From NCBI GenBank assembly GCA_043228905.1, contig JBHGNT010000001.1:31434001-31498000 (forward strand): a stretch of 64,000 nucleotides of DNA. The letters run 5' to 3'. A program made the position numbers and the translations under genes. Positions within the stretch are counted from its first letter, which is position 1; each line of letters opens with the position of its first letter. The notes under the pieces were generated by a model. It worked only from the letters and a program-made list of their open reading frames with translations. It was not told where the DNA came from and did not search any database. Below, in pieces: positions 49,751-63,721 of this stretch. The stretch comes from Azolla caroliniana. Its lineage: Eukaryota; Plantae; Polypodiophyta.

Positions 49751-50720
49751 CCCAAAGAAATCTCCTGTGGATGTGGGGCTCACAAATCTCATGATTGCCT
49801 CCCTGGTGCCCGACGAGCACTCCCTGGTAAACCTCCATATCAAAAAATTTGGTAATCCTTTTGATCTATATGGTGCTCACGAGGCTCCATGGGTGGATAT
49901 GCAATGATGGGAAGTTGTTTCAGCAGCTGATATTGTTTGGTTGTTTGTTCGAGAGCATATTGATATTGCGCCTGTGCATATTGAGGTGTTGGATTTGCCA
50001 GTGCCTGTTGATGTAGTAGATGGTATATGGCTGTGCACTATGACCACAACGGTTTTTCAGGTAGAGATTGAAGTTATAAATTGCCCATTCTACCCAGCGA
50101 GGACAGGCTGTGAGTTCCAAATGTCGTGGCATACAGTGCATTCCATGACTAGGCAGAACTTTGACACTTCAGTTGAGATTAGGCTTTGGACAAAGATGTG
50201 CATTTAGAGGGGGCTTGACTTTGTTTGTAGTTCAGGTCCAAAATCTGCTCCATCAGTGTCAAGCATGTGGTTGGCGATGTCCATAAGTCCCATGCGAGTG
50301 TGGAGGGGTTGATTGATCATTGACATCAGGATCTTCTGGGGTCTGCTGCCTGTGGCCAGTTGGGAGTTGGCTCAATCTTGCTCAAACTGAATGATGAACT
50401 ATGACACTCTTGTGGAGTAGAGCTGATGTGTTAGAGAGGCGAAAGGCCTCTTGAATGGAAAGTTTCCTGTCAAACATATGCCAAAAGGCAGTAAAGAGTG
50501 TGTCACAGTGGGAAATTGGCGGCTTGTACATCAAGGGATAGCCTGCACTTTGTATGATTCAAGAGGTTAGTGTTGATAATGTTGTTGTGTTGGGCCAAGT
50601 GATTTGCAGTAGTCCTTTCACAAAACTTGTGATATGGATAGGACATTCATAACAGTGTCTGGAAAACTGGGATTGGGAGATATCAGAAAAGGGGAATGGA
50701 AGGTGGGGAAGGTGTTTGAG

Positions 50721-51020
50721 GTGCCGAAGATGATATTAGACTGCTGGTGTCACCTTGAATAATGATCGAACTCCACATTTGACGTGAGCAGAGATGCTTT
50801 CTGAGGGTGATTCCATACGACCTTGAATAATGATCAAACTTTTACATTTTGACATGAGCAGAGGTGTGCCGAAGATGATATTAGACTGCTGGTGTCACCT
50901 TGAATAATGATCGAACTCCACATTTGACGTGAGCAGAGATGCTTTCTGAGGGTGATTCCATACGACCTTGAATAATGATCAAACTTTTACATTTTGACAT
51001 GAGCAGAGGTGCTTTCTAAG
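50721..51020. repeat. Nested tandem repeat: 145-bp dimer, each unit holding an older dimer of about 68 bp
   Basis: gtgccgaagatgatattagactg starts at 50721 and 50866; accttgaataatgatc occurs four times. Confidence 0.9.
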
Positions 51021-52489
51021 GGCATTCTCTGCTTCACTTGATTGAATATTTTTAAATGTTGACGGAATGAAATTATGTGAACAGTTGCACAAACACCTAC
51101 AAGGGCTTATGGATGATGTCGACGCTTGGTGGGGTATTGGTTAGGCCTTGTTGGTAGTCAACCTATTAACTGACTAAATAACTTAACAAATAACAATCTA
51201 GTTCATAGATAATAGAAAATGTTCTACATTCCAAATTTGCTTGGTGCTGTGGATTGCATTTGTTCCAACTGCAGGGAATCAGCCAGAGCTGCAATCTCAC
51301 AACCATAGTTGTCAAAACTCTAAATGCTAAACTGTACCTCATCCTTGAACTTTCAAAATTGGATATCAAATCTGCATATTTGCATGACGTCAACACTAAC
51401 CTCCACAACTTGAATCAGGTTAATCTCTCAATCAAAATCCATTTGGTAATAGATACATCTGAAGACATTTCTACATTGCAAACATAAACATTAATAGCCA
51501 TAACATCTTACCATCATCCCCATAAGCCTTAGATTACATGAATCCCTTGCACTTCTTCGAATTGGCTCACGTGAGTTATATATTGAGTAGTGTAGTGGCA
51601 TTACAAGAAGCATGAAGGTATGCAAGGTATGAAATAAATACATGGTGGAGAACAAAACTCATTTCTCATGAATGTTGGATGGGTGTGATAACTTTGGTGT
51701 CATATTCAAATCATTGAAAGGCAATGAGTCATTGAAAGAAATTCCTCATCAAGCAACATTGAGACTCAATGGTGTCTCAATAAAGCAGGAGTGATGAGAC
51801 TCTAGACTACAATAGTGTAGATAATGGTGGGTTGAAGCATAAGTTTATTGACTTTAAACAAAGGTGTTTCAAATTTGGAGGTGGTATTCCAATTGATTAA
51901 ATGTAGCTTGAAAGTTGACACAATGTGAATATAGAAAAAGGTATTTGTGTCATTACAACATGCAAGAAACATTATCTACCACCCCACGTGCACATGCAGA
52001 AAACTGTGGGAGAATGTAAACCGTCGTCAAAGGATGCCTTAACATAGAGGTTATACCTTTGACCTTTCTTGTTGACCAAGTTATCTTTTAAGACACAAGA
52101 TAATAGAAAGTTATGTGAAAATCCCTTAAATCTTCAAAACCTTAGATCGGCATTTTCTTGAATGAGGTGCACCTTTCTCCCAAATAGAGTTCTTGAGATG
52201 TTTTTTGGTAACACTTTTGTTACTAGTGGTAACAACATTCATGACACTATCCGGTTTCGAGCAATAGTCCCGTTCTCCTTTCCTACAGATGTTTGTTCCC
52301 CATCCCTTCCTTCAATCAAACACACAGTTTGCGGAAGTTGACTAGTTTGGTATAGTGAGGGATTCGAGGCTTGTGGGGGGGTAAAGTCACGTTGGACTTG
52401 GGATTACACACTTATGAAATAGTACGTCATGCAGGACAGGTGGATGATTACTTGCTTTTTAAATGTTGAATGAAAAAACAAAAGAGTTT

Positions 52490-52663
52490 TGGGTAGAGAG
52501 AGAGAGAGAGAGAGAGAGAGAGCACTTTCAAAAGTGATAATGATGAAATGGAGGAGATTCTAAGTGGACAAAAAATAAACTGTTCTTCAAAATGTGTGTG
52601 TGTGAGAGATAGAGTGAATGAATGGGCGCGTCCCTTTTTTCTTCTCGATCTTATAAAAAGCAA

Positions 52664-52707
<44 letters not shown>

Positions 52708-53500
52708 CTACTCTAGAAAGAGGGGGAGTACGAACCCCAGCCCTGCTGCCAAAAGGCAAAAGCATGGTAAAGAGAAAAGCAACAATAGAGAGAGAAATGA
52801 ATGGTGCAGATCTACTCCTTCACCCCCATCCCCCCGCCCCCCACCCCACCCCACCCTACCCTAAAACACCACACACTGGTAGTAAGTAGTAGTAGTCAAG
52901 TCTACTGTCCAGAAGACTCCAGATATATGTTGAGAAAGAGAAAGAGAGGGGGGGGAGGGGAAAGGCTCAGCTACTGTCTCACCGGGACGCATCCCACAAC
53001 TCGAATATGATATGTTGACTAATGATGTAGTTAGTCATATCAAATTAAATTTAAACAAAGAAACAGCGGAAAATGAAAAGAGACCATGTACAGAGAGAAA
53101 CATACATACATACTGCTCTGGAGTCTGCATATACATATACATATACATATATATACATATACATATATATATATATATACATATATATATATTCAGTATA
53201 AGGCGAGATTGATTGGGGAGCATAATATATGTACAGTATATATAATAATATAGTATGAATCCTAACCCAAACCAAAAAAGCAAAAGGTGAGAAATAAGGA
53301 GGTCGGTTTCACACTAGTTGCGGCCCACACTCTCGCACGTGTGACTGAGACTGACTTACCTCTCTGTCTTTCTGTCTCTCTCTTCCTTCGTCGTTTTGCC
53401 GTCTGTTGCTGATGTTTTTGGATACCCCTCCTGTCTCTCTCTCTCTCTCTCTCTGTCTCTTGTGTGTGTAAGTAAGTGAGTAAGTGAGTGAGTGAGTGAG
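52490..53500. repeat. Microsatellite-rich promoter/leader: (GA)n, (TA/CA)n, (TC)n, (GTGA)n
   Basis: Seen directly upstream of the 53655 CDS. Confidence 0.8.
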
Positions 53501-53654
53501 TGACTCTGCTCACAGCTCGCCTTTGTTCTGCTCTCTCTGCTCCTTCTTACATGGTGCTCTCTGCTTCTTGCCGCCGCTGCTCGCGACAACCCAAACCCAA
53601 GCCAAGCCAACGCCGCCTCCGCCGCCCTCTGTAACCATTCCCTTCCTTGCCCAC

Positions 53655-53655
53655 A

Positions 53656-53690
<35 letters not shown>

Positions 53691-54911
53691 CTCGCTTCCC
53701 TGGCTATCGGTCTCTCCGTCCTCTTCGCTGTCTTCCTTGCTGCCCTGGCTGCCGAAATCTACTACATGCTCTGCTGCGCCTCCTCCCCCTCCCCTTCCCC
53801 TTCCCCTCACCACCCATCGCCCTCCCCACTCAAGCGCCTCAAGCTCCTCACCGCCGCCCACCGCCGCCGCCGCGTCAACAGCGTCCAGGTCGTCGACGCC
53901 GCCCACAAGGTCGCCATCCTCGACTCCGCCCCCGCTGGATGGCCCCTACAGTCTCCCGCCTTCTTTGCCGCCAAGTCCGCCTTCTTCAATTCCGCGGCTT
54001 CTTCTCCCCTCCGCTATGACCACCATGACCACGACCACTTCCTCCTCGCCAACCAACCCTACGGCTTCCTCTTCACCATCGCTGAAGAAACCAAAGAAGA
54101 GATGGAGCTTCAGTCCAGCGGTCAGCTCGTCGTCAACATCAATGTTGTAGGTGGTGGAGATGCCGATCCATCGGTTCCCGGGCCGCCCCTCTCATCTTCT
54201 GTTTCATCTCCCATCCTTTCATGCCGTGTTCCCCCGGCTGACCCCGTTTCCCCAGCACTTCCTTCACACGACTGCGCCCTTTCACCACCAAGCCCTGCTG
54301 CACAAATTATTCTAGCAAGGCGAAGCTTGGATAGTGTCCCCCTCATTACTGGCAGCCCTGGAAGCAGTGCTGACACACTAATTCTTCCTAATTCTTGCAG
54401 CAGATCAGATCAGACGAACATACATTGTTATTCACCTGATTCAGCGTGGTCGGCCAATTATATTCCCCCCGCTACCACCGCAATTGCAACAGATTCGGCA
54501 CGTTCACTATCAGACAGGATAACTAAGTCACCACCGAGTAGAGAAAGTGGCGGATCGCCGCCATCGTCGTCAAATTCTTCCGACACACCGTTCCTCACCC
54601 CACTCTCATCGCCAGCAGATGTGACTGCTCATCACACGCTTGCGAGATCGCGGTCGATCCAGTACTCGGCACTATCATCGTCAAATTCGGGACGGTATCA
54701 CATTGAAATGCCATCTGAAACATGGTCACATTTTTCACCAGGTGTTGATTCTTCGTACATGTATGATGATCATGGAACACTTGGCACACTTTTCCGACGC
54801 CCATACACCTCTCCATCAAGGTATTCTCCCCTTCGCCCCACAGCCTGGTCTGGCCGAATCACCGATTTTCGAAAATGGAAAGTTTTTCACAACTCCTTGA
54901 GTTTGTCCTAA
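53655..54911 (+). CDS. Uncharacterised plant single-pass membrane protein (At5g59350/At2g39560-like), 418 aa
   Basis: N-terminal TM helix LAIGLSVLFAVFLAALAAEIYY and family motifs FLFTIAEETKEEME and TPFLTPLSSP; Ser/Pro-rich. The first ATG in frame is 53655 (the track start is GTG). Confidence 0.85.
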
Positions 54912-56587
54912 CCTCCATTGTTGGGCCTAGATCCTGAGTTTGTATAATTTGCAACTTTAGTTTTGGTTTACTAGTGAACTCTCCATTGAGCCCCATTAAA
55001 CCATCACGGTGTGTTTCCCACTCATGTACACCACACAACCAACACCTTGTTGTGAACCACAAAACCGTGGCCTTCATTGTGTACTCATTCCATGAAACTC
55101 TATCAGATTGTCAAATTCTTTGGTCTGCTGTAGAATGCTTTATTCACTAATGATAGAGTGGTCTCATCAGGAGAAAAAGTGATTGTTTGGCTCAACCTTG
55201 TTAAAGTAATCTTTGATCTTTATTTTCAAACTCTACATCCTAAGTGAAGCCCCATATTAAATTTGATAGTGACATGCAACATTTGTTTTCTATGTTGGTG
55301 ATGATTGATCACTCATTGCCCTCGCTTGGTCTCGAAACTGGCTCTGCTCATCATCTTCGGTAAATCCTGGACATAAGTGATAAATCTTTGCTGTGGATAC
55401 AGATTTATGAGGTGGCTGGATTTCTCATAGCCAATTCATGTCCTCCAGAAAGTTTTGTTTGCAAGCATGATATGGATCAACCAATGTAATCCCTATATTT
55501 CTTAAGATAAATTAACTGCCATCGCCATGATTCATCACCGTACTCTGGCTGAAGTTTTATTGTGTGTTGTGTGTTGAGAAGCAATTGTTTTTTGACTTAC
55601 AATTTCTAGGAAATGGGTAGTGTTCCTTTATATGAAGCTTTAAAATTGTTTATTTATGAAATCGTGTTGGAAATGGAGAGGGTGGAAAGATTTGTACAAT
55701 GTGAAACTTTTCATCACATTTCTGTGCATATATGAGATCTTGAACATTGAGAAATGATGTGGTATGTGCATCCATGGATCAACTTGAACATTGGATGACA
55801 TCAACTATGCTCTTGTCGATAATCTATGACCATTGAACATCATCAACTATGTTCCTGTTGATCATTAAGTATGACCAAATCCCAATGATGTTTTAAAACT
55901 TTGAAAATTACTAGAAAATGTATATGGCACTCATTGGTATATTCTATCTTGTGAATAAGATAGAATCCACAACCTTTTTAGCATCAGAATACATACTTCT
56001 GCAAAGATATTATATGTTGTAAGGGTGTGAAATCTTTCATACCTTTCATTGTTTATTAGGAGCATATCCATAGATGGGGACAATCAAACTGAATTTGTAA
56101 ATAACACCAATCAATAATATGATCTCGAGCCAAACCCCTTAGTATTGGGGGTAAATCAATGTATTTGCAATCATATTCATAATGTTTGGGAAATGTTACG
56201 CTAATCAAGTATGTTCTTTTAGGACCATTACAGAATTGAGAAGCCTTAAGAATATTTAGAAGCTAGTGTAACATACCCAAAGTTTGACATACAACCATGG
56301 AGATTAAATGCCAATTGGGCATTTGAATTTAAGAAATTTCGATACAATAGGTTGGGCTAAAGTTTGTAGAAAGGTTGTGGTAGTTGCTTTGGTCTTTAAG
56401 ACCATATGTACATTGAATAAAATTTGTGTATGGAAGAAGATCAAGTGGGTAGTTCAGTCATTCCAGGCCCAATACCTGGTAAGCCATAGGTTGGCAGTTC
56501 AACTCCCACCCACCATCGTTTCAACTTGCAAATGGACATGCAAGACAAGATAATAAAATGAAATAAACATTTTGATTTGAATTTTCA

Positions 56588-59500
56588 TCAGAAGTTGGCA
56601 CTCTTTTTAGACATCAACTTCCTTGCACCTTGAAGGGTCTTGATTGTCATGACTAACTGCCCTCTTTCAGCTTCCACCTCCGCAAATTGGAGGCTCATGT
56701 TGAAGTATCTATCCTTCATATCCTTGAGTTCATCATTGAGCATCAAATTTTTTCTCTTTAAATCTGCCAAATCATCAAGGATTTGCTCTGCACTACCAAG
56801 GTTCTGTAATGCAGCATTATGAACGTTCTGTTGCTGCGAAAAAGCACTAAAGATGAAACAAGCAACAAAGTTAGAAGCAAATCTTGAAGAGAGTGAGTCA
56901 GAAAGACCATGATTGGAGCTAAAATGGAAAAATTAGTTCCCTACAGATTTTGGTTGATTATCTAATCTCAATCATTTTTCTAAGGTGGTTTTAATTGACT
57001 GCGACTCTGCGATAGCCAACTAATACTTAATTTATACACACAGGTGGTTTTAATTGACTGCGAGTCTGCGATAGCCAACTAATACTAATTTATACACACA
57101 AGTGATAGCCTGGTATGTTCTTCCGTGGTCCACAAATTCAAACATTCTTTCGACATCCAACAATGTTTACCTTTGAAAAGTGATATTTGAACATTTAATA
57201 TGCAAAAACGGAACTAAATTCACATTCATGAAAAATACAAAGATGGGGTAAAATATACTAGTAGGAGATCATTGCATTTATATGACACAACTGGAAGATA
57301 TGTTTTTTGCTCCATCCCTACATAGACTTCATTGAATATATATACCTTTGAAGCTGTTTCTTGTACATGTTATTTGCCTCCAAAACTTCTGCAAGCTCAA
57401 CCTCCAAGCTAGAAATTTTTTTCAGGATACTATCACTAGTTGCTGCAGCACTGAATTTAGAGAGTGCGTTGTCAAGTTCTTTTTTTTCCTGAATGTTAAA
57501 TCAGTTGAATGTATAAGTTTTAGTTTAGACAATCAAGTAGCCAAAAGTAGAAAGCAAATCGTAGCAACATGAGATTACATACCTCTTTTACATTTTCCAG
57601 TTCACGTTGCAAAGATTCATGTAAACATAATTTTGCAAGAAGCTCAACCTGTCGCTCAGAAAGTACAGCATTTTGGTTCTGGAGACTGTCAAGCTGCAAA
57701 ATTCAAACGCAATCTAAGCTTTTTTGAAGACATAGATCCAATAAGAAAAATAATTACATAACCCAAAATACAAACGAGGATGGATGCATGGTATTACAAA
57801 TATTAGAGTTTGGAGCACATTGAGAATCAATTTACTAATATACTGAATATTTCTCAAGAGGATTCATGATGTTATTGTTTTAACTTTCAAGCTATACATT
57901 TCAGTCTGACGCTTGAAAGTTCCACCGTGCATCAGTCAATATGTCTAGGAGCATTTCATTACAAAAACATTTCTTACTAATGTCACCATACAATGCAGAT
58001 CATTAACCACTTTACCTCTTGCAAGATTTTATCCAAATTCGAATTGGAACATTCTTTCATGAGCTGTTTGTTAGCAAGTTCAAGGTGTTCAATCCTCAAG
58101 GAAAGCTGAGAATATTGTTCCTTTAATCGTTGCTTTGATATCTCCAGTTCATCTGCTTTCTTCTTCACCTCGCCCTAACAAAAGTCCAAATATTTTGAAT
58201 GGTTAGGTAAAAGCACGAGAACACCTCAAACTTTTGGATGTCTACCAGGATACCAAGGTTTCCAGAAATTAGAAGAACATCAATTTATAGTAGTAAATTT
58301 TGCATTGCATAGGGGGTACACTAATGTATTCTGGTAAACATCCAAATATCGGGGGTTTTTTATTGGTGTTCTCTTAGATAAAAGAGGATCATAGACTAAG
58401 ACTATGCATATCCTGTTATAAAGTCACCTCTAAAAGCTTGACTTTCTCTCGCAAATCAGCTGCTTCTTTTGCTTCTCGAGTTGGAGGTAGATTAGATAAT
58501 GGACCAACCTTGTTGCTCTCCCTTGAAAGATACCTTGCAATGTGAGAAACAGGGCTTCCACCATTGATGGAAGATGCTTCCTTATCTCTCAGTTTCTTCT
58601 GTGATAAAACAAGTGCATTTGTCTGATGTGCTAGTTCCTCTTCCAAAGAGTAAATCCTCTTCTTAAGATCTTCCCTTTCAACGTCCTGTTCAGAGAGTTT
58701 GCGTTGATTCTCAGCAATTTGTTTCTTCAGTTTACTTACTTCATTGTTTCTCTCTTTAAAGTTTGCGTCCTCTTGGGACTGCAACCTCTCTTTTAACGCT
58801 GTCAGCTCTTCTACAGTATTTTCTAAAGATACCTCTACTTTGTCTTTTTCTTTCTTCAAGGAGGCAAGAGACTTCTTTGTTGCTTCTTTCTCCTTTTTGT
58901 GAAATTCACATTCAGCACTTTTGTTTCTTACCTCAGATACCATCTTCGCATATGTCTTCTCTTTATCTAGCTCTGAAACTGTGCATTTTGCCTCCAATTC
59001 CATTATCTTCTGTGAACAATCTAAGTTTTCATCTTTCAAAAGCTTGGATTCCTTCATGACCTCTTCCAAATGTTTCTTCATATTTAACTCAGTCAACATA
59101 GCTTCATGCAGCTTCAGTTCCAAATCCTCTTTCATGGTTGAAGCTTCATTCTTGACCAGATCCAAGATCTCTTGCGATTTTTGAAGAGCTTCCTCTAGCT
59201 CAACCTTTTGAGCTTTCAGGATTAATACATCTGAAAGGGTCTGCATTTGTTTGCTCTCACAATCAGAGACATCTCTCATCAACTGATTTAATCTCTCTTG
59301 TGATCTTGTCAGCTTTTCTTCCAGTTCAGCCTTTTCTTTGTTTGCATTATCAGAGGATAGATATTGGTCAATAATTTCTTGTTTCTGCTTGACTAACACT
59401 TGAAGAGAGGCAATCTCATTGGCAGCACCATTGTATTGCTCTTCATGATCCATAACTTCTTTCTCTAATTTCATAATGTTTTCCAAAAGCTTCGCCACTT

Positions 59501-62500
59501 GAGTTTGCAAATTTGCTTTCTGACCTTCAAGTTCTGATATTGTTTGTTCCAAATGGTTTCTAACCTCTGAATCAGATTCCAATTCACCTTCTAGTTCCCT
59601 TATTTCATTCACCAATGTATTTGTGTTTTCCCGGGCCCACTCTATATCCTCTTGAGCATTCTTTAATTTCTCTGACAGCTCATCATTGAATATTTGCAAA
59701 CCTTTCGAGATTGTTTCAAGTGCAGATTTGGAAGATTTAAGGGAAACTATGGTTTCTTCTAAAACAGACACATTCTCCTCTAACTCTCTGATTTGAGATT
59801 GGCAAGTTTTGTTCTCTTCTTGTAACTTGTGAATCTTGTTCTCCATTTCCTTCTCATGGTTTTTGAATTCCACTATTTCATCCTCCCATGCTTTTAGTTG
59901 AGTTAGATTCACGTTCATCTTTTCAATAAGCCCTGAGTATTTAGCTTCATCATCGCCACACCTTTGCAAAAGCTCCACACTCTTTAGCTCTTCCAGAGTT
60001 AGCTTCTCCTGTAAAATGCCATTAAAGCTCTTCACTTGAGCGATTATGGCTTCTGCTTCTTTTTTTGCTTCTAGCAAATTGGACATCTGTTCTTCTAGAA
60101 CTATCTTTTCTGCCTTTGTACATGAGATTAGCTGTAGTGATTCCTTATATTTGCTATCTGTAGATGAAAGACGTTCCTGAGTATCTGCTAGTTGCTTCTT
60201 TAAGGTTGTGAAATCATGATCCTTCTCTCTCAAGCTTCTATTTGTCGTCTCTAGTTCTTCCACTTGCTGTAAGACATTCTTGCGGTCTTCCTCGGCTTTG
60301 GTTGCTTTCTCCTTGAGCAATCTGAGCTGCCCTTGTTGCGATGAAAGCAAAGATTTCTCTCTTTCATGACTCTCATTCTCCATTTTTAAGGATTCCACCT
60401 CATTCAACAAATTCAAAGTCTGCTGTTGAAAGACCTGAATCTCTTCCTTTTGCCCATCGTTCTCCCTTTTCAGAGCCTGAACCTCCATCAACACCTCAGA
60501 AGTATGCTCATCTAGGCTTTGAATTTCGGTTTCCAAGCGTATGTTCTTGGAACGAAGCATCATAACCGAAGAGTTTAAATCATCAATAAATGTCCTGCTG
60601 CTGGCCAGCTTGATTTCATAAGATTCTTCACACTCTTTCAATTTTTCCCTCATTTCGCATACTGTTTCTCTAAGTTTTTCTACTTCAGCTTCATCGTTTT
60701 CATTGCTTTTGCTACCGATCTTCATCCTTAGCTCTGTAATTGCACTTTCTAGCTGAGAAATTGTGATGTCCTGTACTTTGGCTTTGTCATTCGACTGCTT
60801 CAACTGGGATATAAGATTCATATTTTCCTCTGTAAGTTCCTTTGAATCACATTCGAGCTCCTCTAATTCTTTCTTAAGGGCATCTACAGTATTTTTTAGG
60901 TTTTCATTTGCAATTTCCAGACCTCTTAAATCTGAACTTTGAAGCTCTGCATCCTTCTTTTCCTGCAATGCCTTCTCAAGGTCCTGAATTTCTAATAGCA
61001 ATTCTGAATTTGAATCCTGGGTCTTTCTTAGCTGAAGTGTCAAATTTGAGTTCACATTCTTCTCATACTCTAATTCTTCTTGTAATTCATCACAACTCCT
61101 GATTTGTTCAATACCCATCAGATTCAGTTTGCTTGCACACAACGACTTCTCCTTCTCCCATTTGAGACTCTCTTGTTCTTCGGATAATGTAGTAACCATC
61201 TTTTGCAATCCTTCATTCTTAGTTATTTCTTCTACAAGCTGCCTCTTTAGTGCACGAATCTCTATATCCATCTCCTTAGTTTCGTCATCCCTCAAAACAG
61301 CTTTTGATTTTATAGTTCTCATTATTGCTGAATCAGCAGCCTCTATATCTTTGCTTTTGTAATCACTCCATTCAGTTAAAGCTAACATCTCATCGCAACT
61401 GGAATCACTTGACAGTGGTGATTGGATTTTTGAATCTATGCCAGTCATCCCAGGGTAGTATTGAAAACCATTCGGCTCCTGATAGCTACTTATAGAGCTC
61501 GAAGGTGACATGAATACCTCATCCCCCTCTCTCGCAATGTGAAACCGAGATTCACTACGGTCTGGGGTTAGAGGAACCTCAATTGAATCTATACTGTAGC
61601 GAGGAGGAAAACAATCATCCTACAAGAAGCAGAAAAACATTCTGACTGTTTTTAGTAGGAATCATCATTAGTGCAATGCAATTAATAATGCCAATTATTT
61701 GTAGAAGCCCTCTGTTTTTCATTCAAGTGGGATCATATCACCTCGACTGCCCGTACATTACAAGGACAGATGTTACAACTCACTCATGCAATAATGGAGA
61801 CAATCAGGCCAGAGGGCCATTTGCTCATGGAAGACCATTTGATTGGCCATAATATAGATAGTTATGGTCTTGACGTAAGCCTAAGCTAAATGGTAAAAAT
61901 AGGATTCAGGTGGCCTGAAATTAAGGTTAACTTGTATACCTAATTGTGTAACCCTTAAAGTTAAGTCTAGATCGTGGTTATTAGCTAACCAGATTTTGGC
62001 AAAACTAATCACCATCAGCGAGCCTCTGGGTTAATTAACGTCATTAATGGATGACTGTGTGTATGCTCATATCCTCTTCTCAGAGATTAAAAGTATAATA
62101 CTAACCTTCTCTTCCATTGCATTATTTTCAAACCCATCATGCAGAGGAACTTCATTAGATGAATTCTCCCCCTCATCTTCAAGCTCCCTGAGAGATATTA
62201 TGAATGTGATTACATATACATTATTTGCTTGCATCAAAAGCATAAACATAATAGAGTAACAAGATTAGATTTCATACCTATTAACGTCCTTCTGCATGTC
62301 ACGTTTTATCTTAACCTATCCAGACAAATCCATATAAAGATCCATTAAGATTCACATTGTGTAACCATATCATCATCATATCATGTACGCTTCATGAACT
62401 ATGACTCACATGTAAAAGGCTGCCAAAATTACAATTTTGCAACGGTAAGGACAAGGAAACTGGTACATGGGCCAGAGTATATTCTGTCATATCAATAGTG

Positions 62501-63426
62501 GCCTCTCCGAGAATGCCGAACCGAGATAAACCCTGAAATTTTAAAGAGAACAATGATGTGATCTTTCATTCCAAATAACCTCCAGACTTTACTTGAATCA
62601 CATCAATGATAAAATCTTTCACGCCAAGATGACTACATATTAAAAATCTAGCCTAGTGGCAACAAGATCCACTTCAACAGGCAGAAATTAAATCTGGGTA
62701 ACTCTGCATAGAACCACAATTTTATAAAGATCTTTACTAGCATTTCAACCCCAAGATAATTAGACTTGCTTCTGCAGTAAAAGCAACATAATTTACCATA
62801 GAAATCACCTGTTTATAAAACTCTTTATTTCCATTCAAAATACAAATATTCAATAAAGCAGAAGGTCATTTTGAATATAAATTGCAAGAACAAACGAAGA
62901 CCATCCATCCCTTAAGCAATGCAAACCACGACATTTAACTTGATCTCCTAAGGCATGAACTTTGCAAGAAAAATTACCATAGAGACCACCAGTCTATATA
63001 GCTTTTTATCGGAACTTTTGCCATCAATATCCCGAGAAAGAAATGTGGATTCGAACACAGGATCTGACCAGAAACAAGACCCGTTTTTCACTATCGCTTT
63101 CCCTGTTTTGGCAATAACTTTTCCTGTTTCAACTGAGACCAAAGATACCAAGAGTTTGTCCCATCCTCGCCGGGGAACCTACAATATCATATCATCCAAT
63201 AACTTGACCACATTTTCATCTAAGAACCTCACTAATGTAGCATACATTAGCTTGGCCATGTTCACCAGACTTAATATCCAATCACTTGACTACATTTTCA
63301 TGCATGCAACATGAGATTATGCGACCCAAATGGAGTGCACTTATAACTTACCTTCGTAGCATGAAATTCAAGCTTAAAAGTAACTTTCTCCTTTGTTTTA
63401 AAAGGCTTCTTTTGAGAGGACTTCAT
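56588..63426 (-). CDS. NT-C2 (EEIG1/EHBP1) domain plus long coiled-coil protein, RPG/At1g22060-like; 10 exons, 1460 aa
   Basis: Exons 63426-63352, 63178-62978, 62532-62410, 62315-62278, 62187-62106, 61619-58428, 58174-58016, 57693-57583, 57488-57346, 56846-56588; all GT-AG and in phase (4383 nt). FKLEFHATKVPRRGWDKL...GILGEATI at the N-terminus; LAEVLEANNMYK and RYFNMSLQFAEVEAER at the C-terminus. Confidence 0.92.
56983..57099. repeat. Tandem dimer, 59-bp unit, in the last intron of the NT-C2 gene
   Basis: aggtggttttaattgactgcga starts at 56983 and 57042. Confidence 0.9.
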
Positions 63427-63690
63427 CGTATTGAAGAAGATCAGACGACCCAAACGCTCAGCTATAATTCCAATTAATTAACCTTCATATCTATCTAGAG
63501 CTTGAACAATTAATGTACGTGAGCCAATTTGGGCACAACGTGGATTTCTGATCTGAGGTTAGAACCGTGTATAAAGAAGAAAGCCATGGTCTGCAACCAA
63601 AGACCGAATGGATTTGCAATGATGCAAGAATGCAATGGCAGAGAGCCTAAAGCAGCTGGATTTCGATTAAAACTGTAGCCTTCACGTGAG

Positions 63691-63721
<31 letters not shown>

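Noticed and set aside
58416-61511. 1031-aa ORF as a standalone myosin/SMC-like gene
   Set aside because: It is the large sixth exon of the NT-C2 gene; no motor or ATPase motifs.
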